Part shown: positions 9,826 through 19,122 of the stretch, in pieces
Position numbering within the stretch: the stretch's first letter is position 1
Layout: each line of letters opens with the position of its first letter
From: a virus
Lineage: Duplodnaviria; Caudoviricetes
DNA: 57,955 bases
IMG/VR virus record: IMGVR_UViG_3300027733_000003
Span: 1-57,955 of that record
Reading direction: 5' to 3' (one strand)
Translations under genes and position numbers: made by a program
The notes under the pieces: model-generated
What the model was told of the DNA's origin: nothing
What the model saw: only the letters and a program-made list of their open reading frames with translations
Databases searched by the model: none

Positions 9826-12800
9826 TTAAATTTGACTTGCAAGTTGTACAAAACCTTTGTTTTGTTTGGTAGTTTCTACTCCGCCAATTACACCACGTTC
9901 CCGCTTCATTGCGGCCATTGGTGCTTTTAAAAGTTCGGACATAGGCAAACGTTTGTATCCATTTGACACACGGGATTCTTCCATACGTTGGAATTCTTCA
10001 CGTGCTTTAGCCATACCTTGGGCATCTCCTGCCCTGTACGCATTGACGTACTCACCCTTAATATCTGTCGACTTCTGGTGATAGAACTTGTCGTACTCAG
10101 CTTTTACGTTCTGAGTAAATTGACGATCAGTCACAGTATTCGTTGGCAAACCCACAGCTTGGAAGGCGGCATCCACCATGCCAAAGTCTTCTGGCTTAAG
10201 AACGAGGTCACCATTACGCATGGTGATACCCTCAGTAGCAAAACGACCAGCCTTCATCACATTGGCAACCCCATTGGGCATCGCCATCTCTAGGCCTTTG
10301 TAATAGTCGCCATGCAACAACATCCCAAACGCATCAGCAAACTTCATCCCCATACTTGCACTTGGCCCCATTGCTGCCACAATAATCTTCTCTGCACCAG
10401 AACGACTGGTCAAGTCACCTTGAGCAAATGGCAGGATAGAAGCCACACGACCCATACCCAGCTTGTCACTCACATCCACACCCAATGCAGCAGGCACACC
10501 TCTGAGCAGTAAGTCAGATACCACCTTGTTGTTTATCATGCGGCGCAGTTTGAACTCAAAGTCATCTGGCTCATCAGGGTCGCCAAGAATCTTGGACATC
10601 ATCCAAGCAATCTGACTCATGAATGGAACAGCCATTGCTCCACCAAGCACGGACATCTGAGCAACAATAAATCCAAGGGCTTTACGAGCCACCATCTTTT
10701 CTTCAGTCGATGCCCCCTTGAACGAGTTGTGCATTAGTCTTGCCAGCATGGACAACTGAATGATCTGGAAACGGCGGAACTGACCAACCACACGGCCTAT
10801 ACCGTTAGACAACGCACGTGGGGTGTTGAAGCCATCGTATGAACCATGAGTATCGGACACCACCTGAGCAGCGTATTGAGTGGCTGCTTCGGTATTGTTG
10901 TTGCCGTACTTCTCAAGGTATCCACGATACGCAGCAATGGCAGCTACAGAACGGTTGACCGATTCGATGCGGTTGTTCACGCCCTGCATCTTGTACATCA
11001 CCTTGGCAAAGACTCCCTTTTCATCAGCCGTGGCTCGTTCAGCAGAATCCATACTGATATCAATCTTGCCCATACCAACCAGCTTGTTGAGCATGTCACG
11101 CACATCAGCTGGGGCCTTGCTGAAGTCAATGTGTTCGTTGATACCCAGACCCTTAATCAACCCAGCGATCTCTTTGTACCCACGATTGACTTGGGATACA
11201 GCGTTGCCATACCCAATACGACCAGCCAAATATGGCACGGATATCACCGCAGTCTGAGTAATCTGTTGCAAGTAGAACGCAGGGCTGAACGTCAAGCTCC
11301 ACAGTGTGTTCATACGTGTGAGTGCAACTGACAACGGGCCGGGAGACTTGTACTCCATGCTGTTGGCTTGACGCTTTATCAACTCGTTGTAGATCGGCAT
11401 GGCTTCACGGCGATGATTTCTAGCCTCATTCCGCATACGTTCCATCGAATCTGTAATGGCGTCGTTGTGTTCCAGCGAAGACAGGAAGTGAGCATCAGCC
11501 CGACCACTTGTGGCCAAGTTACGCATCATGTTGTCATCAGCACCAGACACATTTTTACGCTGCATTTCTGATTTACGGGCGCTGGCTTCAGCCACGGTCA
11601 TCAAGTACAAGTCCCCAACCATCTTGTTCATGGAGTGGAAGTTCACAGATGACATGTCGCCATCACTGACTTGACGCTGTAGCAGATTACGCAGACGACC
11701 AACAGCCAGATGGATATCTCCGCCACCAGTGTAGGATTCTTCAGCTTCTTTCACACCAGCATCTTCTGGCATGATGTCGTACTTGCCTGTGGCGTGCAGC
11801 TTCTCAGCAATGTTGTCAGCTTCGGCTTGTGTTTCAGCGAACTGAACCACGTAGTGATCAGAGTTGGAAACATTGTCTTGCAGCCATTGCTTGGCTTGTT
11901 CTACATCCCAGTCACCCAGCTTGGCACGTTCTTCATAGTGCTTGAACTCGGCAGACTTGGCCACAACCACATGGTCACCATAGCGGCCAAGGTAGGCATA
12001 GGGGGACGAAACATCCACACCACGTACTTTGGCTTCACGGGCAAGTAACAGTTTCTTTTCCGCAGCCAGTTCTTTCATTTGCTCTGCGTCGCCCATAACG
12101 GCTTTTTCACGGTCAGCAAACTCACGGTCAATTGCAGCTTCCACAGCTTTCTTCTTGAGCATCAGGGCTTCATAGCCATGCTCAAACACTGCCTTGATTA
12201 CTTTCTGGGCTGACTCATCAAAGGCATCAAACCGCAGTTTCATGTCTGGGTCGACAGTAAACAAATCAGTGCCAACACGATGTTCGCCGGGGTAGTAGCC
12301 CCACTTGCCACTAACTGTGGAGTCCTTGATGAACTTGTTGACTGAGTTGGCTCCAGTGCCTTTGTACTCGCCAGACAGCTTGTCAAAGTCAGACAGAATT
12401 TTATTGATGCGCTGTTCAAACTGGATGCGTGTAGCTTGCCGTGCGTACTGTGCATTCAGATAGTCATTGGCAGACTTCATGTATTTGGAAGCCATCTTCA
12501 CCACATCTTCTGTGATGGCAGATGCGTAGATACCGTTCTTGGCTTGATGCAACAGGTTGGTTACCAGACTGCGCGTAGGAGTACGCACAAATGGCGGCAG
12601 TCGATTTATTGTTTCATCGACTGTAGCGGCAGGGTTGATACCAAACTTAACCTTTTCTTTTGATGCACTGACATTGGTTTGTAGGGTAACAATATTTTTG
12701 TCATTGAAAACTACGTAGTTAAAACTACCATCGTTTGCAACCGCATCAGCGTATTGAACACCCTTTATTCCGGCTTTATCGAGCATAGCCGCAAATTTTT

Positions 12801-15800
12801 TAGGGCCGTATGCTTTCTCTTGTTCTTTAAACCACTTAATGGATATATTTCCATTTTGGTCATACAACCCTAAACTTTCAAGCCCTTTGCGCACTACATC
12901 GCTTTGCGCATTCATGGGTTGTTTTGCCTTCAGCCACTCGTCAGATGCAACACCAAGACTGGTGCGATAAAGAACAGCTTTAGCCCCCACTGGGGAATCC
13001 CCGTCAATAGCAGCATACCCTTCAGCAGTTGGCTTAGCTTGGGCAAAATACGATCCCTGACCCCACAGCTGCCCTCCAACGCCAGTGCCTATTTTTGTAG
13101 TTGAAAATTGTCTAAACAATACGTTTGAACCATGCCATGTACCAGCAATTTCTAAACGGGCAGCACCGTAAGCCATGTTGACCACGTCTTGTGCAGTCAA
13201 AGATTCTGGTTTAAAGCCAAGTTTACGGACGGCGTTCTTAAAGCCAGCCCACAATGTACGGAACCAGCTACCAAAAGCTCCAGTCATCTTGGCAGCAGCA
13301 TTTGGATCAACACCCGCCAACATAGCTTCTTCAACAAAATATGCAATCAACTCAGACATCACGTCTTCATCAGCTACATTGGCGTTGCCAACACGTTCAA
13401 CGGCTTTACGTGCTAGCGTAGATTCTTTGGAATTGTCATTGAGGTCAGCCCACTTACTAATTTGGCCAGCCAAAGAAACAATATCTTTTTCTGCAAGCAT
13501 CCGGTCAAGTCCAAGGTGGCCACCTACTTCGTGCATAAACTTGGCACGTCCCTGACCTTCTTGGATACGGCTTGCAACTAGAATAGCTTTGCCACTTCGT
13601 GTCCAACCAAAGGCTTTATCGTTTGACCATCCAATAGCTTGGTCACGCATATCTTCAAGCTCAGCTACATCATCAACGATGATCACATTGCGGCCAAGAG
13701 TGTCAACACGCATGAATGCTTTGAGTTCAGCAATCAAGGACTTGGCAGTGTATGGTTTTGCAGGTGCGGTGCTTTTGCCAAACTGCGCTGATTCCAACCC
13801 CACAGGCATAGTTACACCCTTCATCATAGAAGAAGGGGCATACTTCAAAAGATTTGATGCTTGTTTTGTATTACCGTTTCGGTTTGCTACTGCATCTGTT
13901 AATACGTAAGAAGGAAAAGATCCTTCTGGGTCTATCGTGGCTTGAATAACTATTTGAAAGATAGACTGTCGAAGTGAAGTGCTTCTTTCATATAGACGCA
14001 ACGTGTCCATATCTTTATCAGCAACAGCTTGAAGCGCAAGTTTTTCATTTCTTGTGAGTGGGGCATATTCTGTATGTAGTAAACGTGCTTTTGTCAATTC
14101 CTGCTGCGCTTGCTGCCTTACTTCTTTGGGTTCTTTGTTCCGCAATAGGTTTTCTTGACCTTCTGGACGTCCTTTAAAAGCATCCCACAAACCTTGGCTT
14201 ACCAACTCAAAAGTTTTGGTTACTTTACCATTTACGATCAAGTCCAATGTTCTACCGTTTTCTTTTAGGTATGGTTCCTCATTGTGTGTTTCATTGTCTA
14301 TGTTCTTACCAAACTTAACATCTTCTTCCCGACCAACCACTGATACCTTAGAAGTTGTGGCTTGTCCGCCTTTTTGAGCAGGGGTGGTTGTTGTGACTGT
14401 CTCTGTCTTTGGCGTGAACGGTGTACGAGTCAACTCGTCTTTGTTGGCCTTGTTCTGGGCAGTCGCTCCAGTCAGAAACTCACCGACCAGTTCTTGTTTG
14501 TCAGGAACGATGAACAGCGCAGCGCCGTCCATCTGTTGGAGGTTGTTGGCTACCAGCGAACCGTACGTGGCTTTGTCGACGTTGATACAACCGAACGAGT
14601 AGCGGGAATCTGCTGCGCCTTCTTTCTGCAATGCAGCCAGCCGTTGCTGGGCATCTTTCTCTTTTGTCCACACAGAGTGGAACAGGGTTACGCTGTACTC
14701 GCCGTCAATCGCCTTGTCCAGAACGAACACCTTACCAAAATCATACCCACCAGCTGTATGAGCTTCACCGCCACCACGCTTAGCATCTCGCAAGCCCATA
14801 GTGAACAGGCCAGCAGGTGTGATGCGATTCTGAACTTTGTCAGTGTTGCCCTTGTAGTAATCCCCAACGGTCTTACCAATCAGGACTTTCTTTTGCAAGA
14901 ACAAAGAACCATCAGGGTTAAATATAAATACCCGTGCGTTTGGCTTGTCAGTCAGTACAAAGAACTTGTTCTCTGCTTTGAGCTTGGCAGCGATGCTTGG
15001 GTAGATCGTGCTGTAGGCTTCTTGCGCAGCCTTGGACATGTTGGCCTTAGCCACTGCTGGAACTTCTGCTTTGACTTCCCTCACTTGGGAAACAGTACGT
15101 GGAGCGATAACCACAACTTCACTGTTCTTCGTCATGAGCGATGGGTTAAAGACCATAGCCGTGGCCAACACGCCAGCGTGAATTGCCTTAATGATGTCGC
15201 GGATGGCGGCAGCAACTGCCTGAGCGCCCTTGGTAGCGTAAGCTGTTACATCTTCTTGCAGCTTGGTAAAGAACTCTGACGTTCCACGTGTTTCACCATA
15301 GTGGTTTTCCAGTCGCGCAATCTGTGCTTCTGGTAACGCAGCAATAGGTTCTTCCAGAATTGTCTGTTGCTCAGGGTTTATTTCAGCAGCCTCTGGGCTT
15401 TCCTCAATGATTTCTTCAGCGGTCAGTTCTTCTTCAGCTACTGGTTCAGTCTGTTCTTCAACTACAGGCTCAGTCTGTTCTTCAGCAACAACATCACTTA
15501 TTGTTTGTCGCTTTTCGGTGGCGATTTCGGTGGCAGGAGCCGTGACAATTTGGTTGACAACAGCTGCAAGGTTGGCTTTACCACGGTTTGCCAAGTCGTC
15601 AAAACGAATCCTTTGATCTTTGTTAAGGTCTGCGTAAGCAGGAAGTTCAGGCGCGAGAGTACGTAGTTCATTCCATTGCTCCTCTGGGGTTTTTACTTCT
15701 TCTGGGACGACTTCTGTTTTGGCTTGCTTAGTTTGTTTGGCAGGCTTTTCGGGTTTGGCGTTTCCTTCGCCCACCGTTTTGCCACTTCTGGCTGGTTTGC

Positions 15801-18800
15801 GAACATTTCCCTCATCTGCGCTTTCGACTTGAACGGCATTTGTTTTCTCCAATTTTGCTGATGCTACAGATAAAGTTTTTGTAAGTCCATTTTGGAATTT
15901 CACAGTAACAGTAGTTTCTGCGCCATCACCAGAAAAACTTTCAATAACACCAGTTCCCAGTTTGGGATTGACTACAGTGTTTCCAACCTCTAATCCTTTG
16001 CGGTCGGCCTTGCGTTTTGTACGAGTTTCGGCAACCAGCTTATCTCGCTTTGTTTGCTCAGCGACGTCAACTTCTGGTTTTGCTTCTGCTTCTACTTTTG
16101 TAGTTTCACCTGTTAAATCAACTTCTTCCTCTTCTTCATAGGCAACACTCTTTTCACCTTTGGCGGCTCTTTCTTTTTGCAACGCAGAATAAGTATTCCA
16201 AGCCTTGGCTAAGTCTGCCGCAGCTTTTGCGTCAGCTGGATTAGCATTTACTTTGGCTTGTAGTTTGTCAATACGGTTTAGTATGACTTTACCTTCAGAG
16301 TCAACAGCCCCTTGGCTTCCGCCCGCTTTTGCAATGGTGCCCATAGTGCGGTCTTCGCCGCCTTCACCACGGTTCATCTCCTCGGCCAATAATTTGCTAC
16401 GGTCGCCTTCTTGCTCACCAGCTTCAAGTTCTTCAGCCAATGTTTGAGATTTGTTGGTCTCATACTCTGAACGAGTGGCGTACAACCCAGCTAACTCACC
16501 CTCACCAATACCGTCAGGGAATTCCGCAGAACGGAAGTTGGCAGCTTCTGTCACCATCTGCAAAGCAATTGCAGGATCAGTCACAACATATTGACCAATT
16601 TTTCTGTCCATCTTGACGCCCATACGCTCAAGTTGTTTTTGAACAGCAGCTTCTGACATGCCCACCAAATCAGCAATGTCTTTTTCCTTGAACTGTTCCA
16701 ACAAAGACAACCGCAAAATTTCAGTGCGGGTCTCAGCATTAGCACCCTTTACGGAAGCCAGTATCTTTCCAAACAACTCACGAATGATCTCTATGCGGCG
16801 TTCGCTTGAGATGTGGGAGAGGTCTGAGGCGTAGTATCCGATGGTTGGGCTGTAGACTCTTGGGCCGTTTTGAACAGCTTGCTCACCCACAGCGCCTGTG
16901 GCGGTTTGTTGAGGTTGATTGGGTACTTGCCCTTCACCCAACCCACTTGTGGCTTGTTCATTTACTTGCCCCGGCTGCTGACTACCAGAAAGGTCGGTGG
17001 CGACACCGGTGCCAGTCCGTATTCCTTCTCCTGATGGCTGTCCAGTTTGCTGGCCAGTCTGTCCTTGAGGCTCACTTCCTGTAAGGAGGGATTGAACTCC
17101 GCTGGGTTGTACATCCCCAGTGTTTGCCCCGCTACCTTCTCCTGTTCCGCTTTGGATTGGTACTGTTCCCAGCCCGGAAGTTGTTTGCAATGTTTGTCCA
17201 TTTTTAGCTCCTTTGGTTTGTTGCGATGCGGTGTAGCCGCTGGTATCCTTGCCTGTCAAGGCTTGGTGGATGGCGTTAAGCTGCTCAAGCTGCGCACCCT
17301 TAGTGCTTTGAGACAACTGTTCTAAGATTTGTGCGGCTTCTTCCACAGAACCCACGTGGGCAATTTGGAATTTGGCAGCGACTTCAGCTACCTTTTCAAA
17401 AGTCTTACGGACAGAGTCCGTGGCTTTCAGTGGATTAAAATTTACGTTGACCAGCTTGCCGCCGGTCTGTTCATTGGCTACGTTTATAGCGCGGGTAATT
17501 TGGTTCTGAAAACCTTTTAACGACCCAACTAGATCAGCAGTGGCTTTGGCGGCTTCTTGAATTGCTGGGCCAAATACAGGCTTACCAAAGAAGTCCCAAC
17601 GTTGCCCCTCAGGTTTTGGCAAACCTACTCGGTCTGCCATGTAGCTTACACGTTCAGTTTCTTTTTGTTGTTGCTGTGTTGCAAAATCTGCTTGTGTTTG
17701 TTGTTGGTTTTGTTGTTGAGTAGCAGCTTGCGATTGAGCAATATCTGTAGTTCCGCCTGTTACAGCTGGAGCCGTGATAGGTGCAGCGGTTTGATCGACC
17801 AGTGAAGAACGACCAGCCAGTGGGTTAACTCTGTCAGCAGTGCCGCTCATCTGAGCAGCCATGTCAAACTCAGGAGTTGTACCTGCCTGAGTACCAACCA
17901 AAGAAGAACGGCCTGTCAGCGGATCAACCCTACCAGCAGTACCACTCATCTGAGCGGCCATGTCAAATCCGGGGGTTGTACCCACTGGGGTGATTGTTGG
18001 GTTCTGCTGGAACGCTTGTTCAACCTCATTGGTAGCTGTTTGGCCAGTCTGTGGATTGGCAGCTGTATTCGCTCCGGGAACAAAACTTTCACTACGTCTC
18101 CAACCACCTGCACCACCACCGATAAGCCCGCCAAGTGTGGCTCCACCGATAAACGATTCTTTGAACCGCTCGTTGGATTTCTCGTTGAAGAACTGTTCTG
18201 TGGGGTCGACCGCCATGCGGCCCGCTTGGTTTACAAATTCTTGTGATGTCTCTTGAGCGCCTTCTTTGACAGCCGCTGTTGTTCCAGTAGCAGCAGTTCG
18301 CGCCAATGCACCTTTGGCTCCTGATACGTTGTCAAGCAAGTTCAGTGGGTTACGGAAAAGCTGCCCACGGCCTAAAGCACCTTCAAGGCCCACCACATTC
18401 AAGGCAGCGTAGGGAACACCTAACGCAAACGCAGAAGCTGCATCAGTCGTGCCTGATTGTTCACGTTGGTTGGACAGCACATCGCCCACAGAGGATGGAT
18501 AAGACGCAGCGACTACACCAGCATCAGAACCAAGGGACAACGATTTTTGAGCAACCTCAGCTGCTTTTTTGGCTTTTGCTGCTGCAACTACATCACCTGA
18601 AGCTTGTGCTGCCCTATATGCAGTAGTGGCTTCTTCTAAAGCAAGGCGAGTACCGCCCATAGCCAATCGACCACCAATACCGCCAACCAAGGCTTCAGCA
18701 AGATATGGGGCAGACTGAATGGCTAAACCTTTTGCGTAGCTACCAAAATCCCCTACACCTTGAACATCCGCAAATGTATCAATAGCGCCCAGTTTTCTGG

Positions 18801-19110
18801 CTTTTTGCGCAGATATATCAGCACGTAGTTCATTCTCAGATCGCTGTTTAGCAAGCCAACTGCTTGTATCTTTTGCGCCAACCGCACCTGCAACTTCTTC
18901 GGCTACGCCATACAACCCAGCTTGATAGCGATCAACAGACGCAGATGCTTGTTGTCCTGTAATACCGCTATTGGAAGCACCAAACCGCAGTTTGGCAGCA
19001 ACTTCTTTTTCGTCCCAACCCAAAGTCTTTGAGACTTCTTGGACAATGTCGTAATCAGACATCTTGTCCCCACCGGGGATCAGGGCGCGGAACTGATTAA
19101 TCGTTGGCAT
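9826..19110 (-). CDS. Giant internal virion/DNA ejection polyprotein (T7 gp16-like position), multi-domain
   Basis: 3094-aa ORF last in the GNAT + three-gene block; contains HTH, Tudor-like, YkuD-like (H...SFGCINV), HEVGGH and ART-like (WHGS...GSYFA) segments and a helical hydrophobic C-terminus. Confidence 0.85.
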   Translation of the reverse strand: MPTINQFRALIPGGDKMSDYDIVQEVSKTLGWDEKEVAAKLRFGASNSGITGQQASASVDRYQAGLYGVAEEVAGAVGAKDTSSWLAKQRSENELRADISAQKARKLGAIDTFADVQGVGDFGSYAKGLAIQSAPYLAEALVGGIGGRLAMGGTRLALEEATTAYRAAQASGDVVAAAKAKKAAEVAQKSLSLGSDAGVVAASYPSSVGDVLSNQREQSGTTDAASAFALGVPYAALNVVGLEGALGRGQLFRNPLNLLDNVSGAKGALARTAATGTTAAVKEGAQETSQEFVNQAGRMAVDPTEQFFNEKSNERFKESFIGGATLGGLIGGGAGGWRRSESFVPGANTAANPQTGQTATNEVEQAFQQNPTITPVGTTPGFDMAAQMSGTAGRVDPLTGRSSLVGTQAGTTPEFDMAAQMSGTADRVNPLAGRSSLVDQTAAPITAPAVTGGTTDIAQSQAATQQQNQQQTQADFATQQQQKETERVSYMADRVGLPKPEGQRWDFFGKPVFGPAIQEAAKATADLVGSLKGFQNQITRAINVANEQTGGKLVNVNFNPLKATDSVRKTFEKVAEVAAKFQIAHVGSVEEAAQILEQLSQSTKGAQLEQLNAIHQALTGKDTSGYTASQQTKGAKNGQTLQTTSGLGTVPIQSGTGEGSGANTGDVQPSGVQSLLTGSEPQGQTGQQTGQPSGEGIRTGTGVATDLSGSQQPGQVNEQATSGLGEGQVPNQPQQTATGAVGEQAVQNGPRVYSPTIGYYASDLSHISSERRIEIIRELFGKILASVKGANAETRTEILRLSLLEQFKEKDIADLVGMSEAAVQKQLERMGVKMDRKIGQYVVTDPAIALQMVTEAANFRSAEFPDGIGEGELAGLYATRSEYETNKSQTLAEELEAGEQEGDRSKLLAEEMNRGEGGEDRTMGTIAKAGGSQGAVDSEGKVILNRIDKLQAKVNANPADAKAAADLAKAWNTYSALQKERAAKGEKSVAYEEEEEVDLTGETTKVEAEAKPEVDVAEQTKRDKLVAETRTKRKADRKGLEVGNTVVNPKLGTGVIESFSGDGAETTVTVKFQNGLTKTLSVASAKLEKTNAVQVESADEGNVRKPARSGKTVGEGNAKPEKPAKQTKQAKTEVVPEEVKTPEEQWNELRTLAPELPAYADLNKDQRIRFDDLANRGKANLAAVVNQIVTAPATEIATEKRQTISDVVAEEQTEPVVEEQTEPVAEEELTAEEIIEESPEAAEINPEQQTILEEPIAALPEAQIARLENHYGETRGTSEFFTKLQEDVTAYATKGAQAVAAAIRDIIKAIHAGVLATAMVFNPSLMTKNSEVVVIAPRTVSQVREVKAEVPAVAKANMSKAAQEAYSTIYPSIAAKLKAENKFFVLTDKPNARVFIFNPDGSLFLQKKVLIGKTVGDYYKGNTDKVQNRITPAGLFTMGLRDAKRGGGEAHTAGGYDFGKVFVLDKAIDGEYSVTLFHSVWTKEKDAQQRLAALQKEGAADSRYSFGCINVDKATYGSLVANNLQQMDGAALFIVPDKQELVGEFLTGATAQNKANKDELTRTPFTPKTETVTTTTPAQKGGQATTSKVSVVGREEDVKFGKNIDNETHNEEPYLKENGRTLDLIVNGKVTKTFELVSQGLWDAFKGRPEGQENLLRNKEPKEVRQQAQQELTKARLLHTEYAPLTRNEKLALQAVADKDMDTLRLYERSTSLRQSIFQIVIQATIDPEGSFPSYVLTDAVANRNGNTKQASNLLKYAPSSMMKGVTMPVGLESAQFGKSTAPAKPYTAKSLIAELKAFMRVDTLGRNVIIVDDVAELEDMRDQAIGWSNDKAFGWTRSGKAILVASRIQEGQGRAKFMHEVGGHLGLDRMLAEKDIVSLAGQISKWADLNDNSKESTLARKAVERVGNANVADEDVMSELIAYFVEEAMLAGVDPNAAAKMTGAFGSWFRTLWAGFKNAVRKLGFKPESLTAQDVVNMAYGAARLEIAGTWHGSNVLFRQFSTTKIGTGVGGQLWGQGSYFAQAKPTAEGYAAIDGDSPVGAKAVLYRTSLGVASDEWLKAKQPMNAQSDVVRKGLESLGLYDQNGNISIKWFKEQEKAYGPKKFAAMLDKAGIKGVQYADAVANDGSFNYVVFNDKNIVTLQTNVSASKEKVKFGINPAATVDETINRLPPFVRTPTRSLVTNLLHQAKNGIYASAITEDVVKMASKYMKSANDYLNAQYARQATRIQFEQRINKILSDFDKLSGEYKGTGANSVNKFIKDSTVSGKWGYYPGEHRVGTDLFTVDPDMKLRFDAFDESAQKVIKAVFEHGYEALMLKKKAVEAAIDREFADREKAVMGDAEQMKELAAEKKLLLAREAKVRGVDVSSPYAYLGRYGDHVVVAKSAEFKHYEERAKLGDWDVEQAKQWLQDNVSNSDHYVVQFAETQAEADNIAEKLHATGKYDIMPEDAGVKEAEESYTGGGDIHLAVGRLRNLLQRQVSDGDMSSVNFHSMNKMVGDLYLMTVAEASARKSEMQRKNVSGADDNMMRNLATSGRADAHFLSSLEHNDAITDSMERMRNEARNHRREAMPIYNELIKRQANSMEYKSPGPLSVALTRMNTLWSLTFSPAFYLQQITQTAVISVPYLAGRIGYGNAVSQVNRGYKEIAGLIKGLGINEHIDFSKAPADVRDMLNKLVGMGKIDISMDSAERATADEKGVFAKVMYKMQGVNNRIESVNRSVAAIAAYRGYLEKYGNNNTEAATQYAAQVVSDTHGSYDGFNTPRALSNGIGRVVGQFRRFQIIQLSMLARLMHNSFKGASTEEKMVARKALGFIVAQMSVLGGAMAVPFMSQIAWMMSKILGDPDEPDDFEFKLRRMINNKVVSDLLLRGVPAALGVDVSDKLGMGRVASILPFAQGDLTSRSGAEKIIVAAMGPSASMGMKFADAFGMLLHGDYYKGLEMAMPNGVANVMKAGRFATEGITMRNGDLVLKPEDFGMVDAAFQAVGLPTNTVTDRQFTQNVKAEYDKFYHQKSTDIKGEYVNAYRAGDAQGMAKAREEFQRMEESRVSNGYKRLPMSELLKAPMAAMKRERGVIGGVETTKQNKGFVQLASQI
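15693..15839 (-). CDS. Nested +1-frame small basic protein MPFKSKAQMREMFANQPEVAKRWAKETP... (48 aa)
   Basis: TGGAG RBS 7 nt before ATG; resembles the MPFKSxAQ...PExAKRWxKETP small-protein family I recall as free-standing phage late genes. Confidence 0.7.
   Translation of the reverse strand: MPFKSKAQMREMFANQPEVAKRWAKETPNPKSLPNKLSKPKQKSSQKK
16791..16961 (-). CDS. Nested +1-frame ORF MNKPQVGWVKGKYPINLNKPP... (56 aa)
   Basis: ATG immediately follows the TAA of the nested 79-aa ORF (TAAATG). Confidence 0.45.
   Translation of the reverse strand: MNKPQVGWVKGKYPINLNKPPQALWVSKLFKTAQESTAQPSDTTPQTSPTSQANAA
16962..17201 (-). CDS. Nested +1-frame ORF MDKHCKQLPGWEQY... (79 aa)
   Basis: AAAGGAG RBS 6 nt before ATG; host frame is low-complexity G/Q/T/S here. 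Confidence 0.55.
   Translation of the reverse strand: MDKHCKQLPGWEQYQSKAEQEKVAGQTLGMYNPAEFNPSLQEVSLKDRLASKLDSHQEKEYGLAPVSPPTFLVVSSRGK
17800..17985 (-). repeat. Two tandem 33-aa (99-bp) repeats in the giant protein
   Basis: GTTPxFDMAAQMSGTAxRVxPLxGRSSLV twice. Confidence 0.85.
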
Positions 19111-19122
19111 TACTTATCCTTA

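Noticed and set aside
14362-15279. 305-aa antisense ORF (and similar ones, e.g. 38629-39426, 19256-19912)
   Set aside because: Shadow ORFs opposite codon-biased genes; no RBS or protein-like motifs recognised
12240-18146. Other same-strand alternative-frame ORFs in the giant gene (12240-12455, 14688-14879, 17946-18146)
   Set aside because: No convincing SD plus ATG, and they overlap constrained domains or repeats, unlike the three nested ORFs reported
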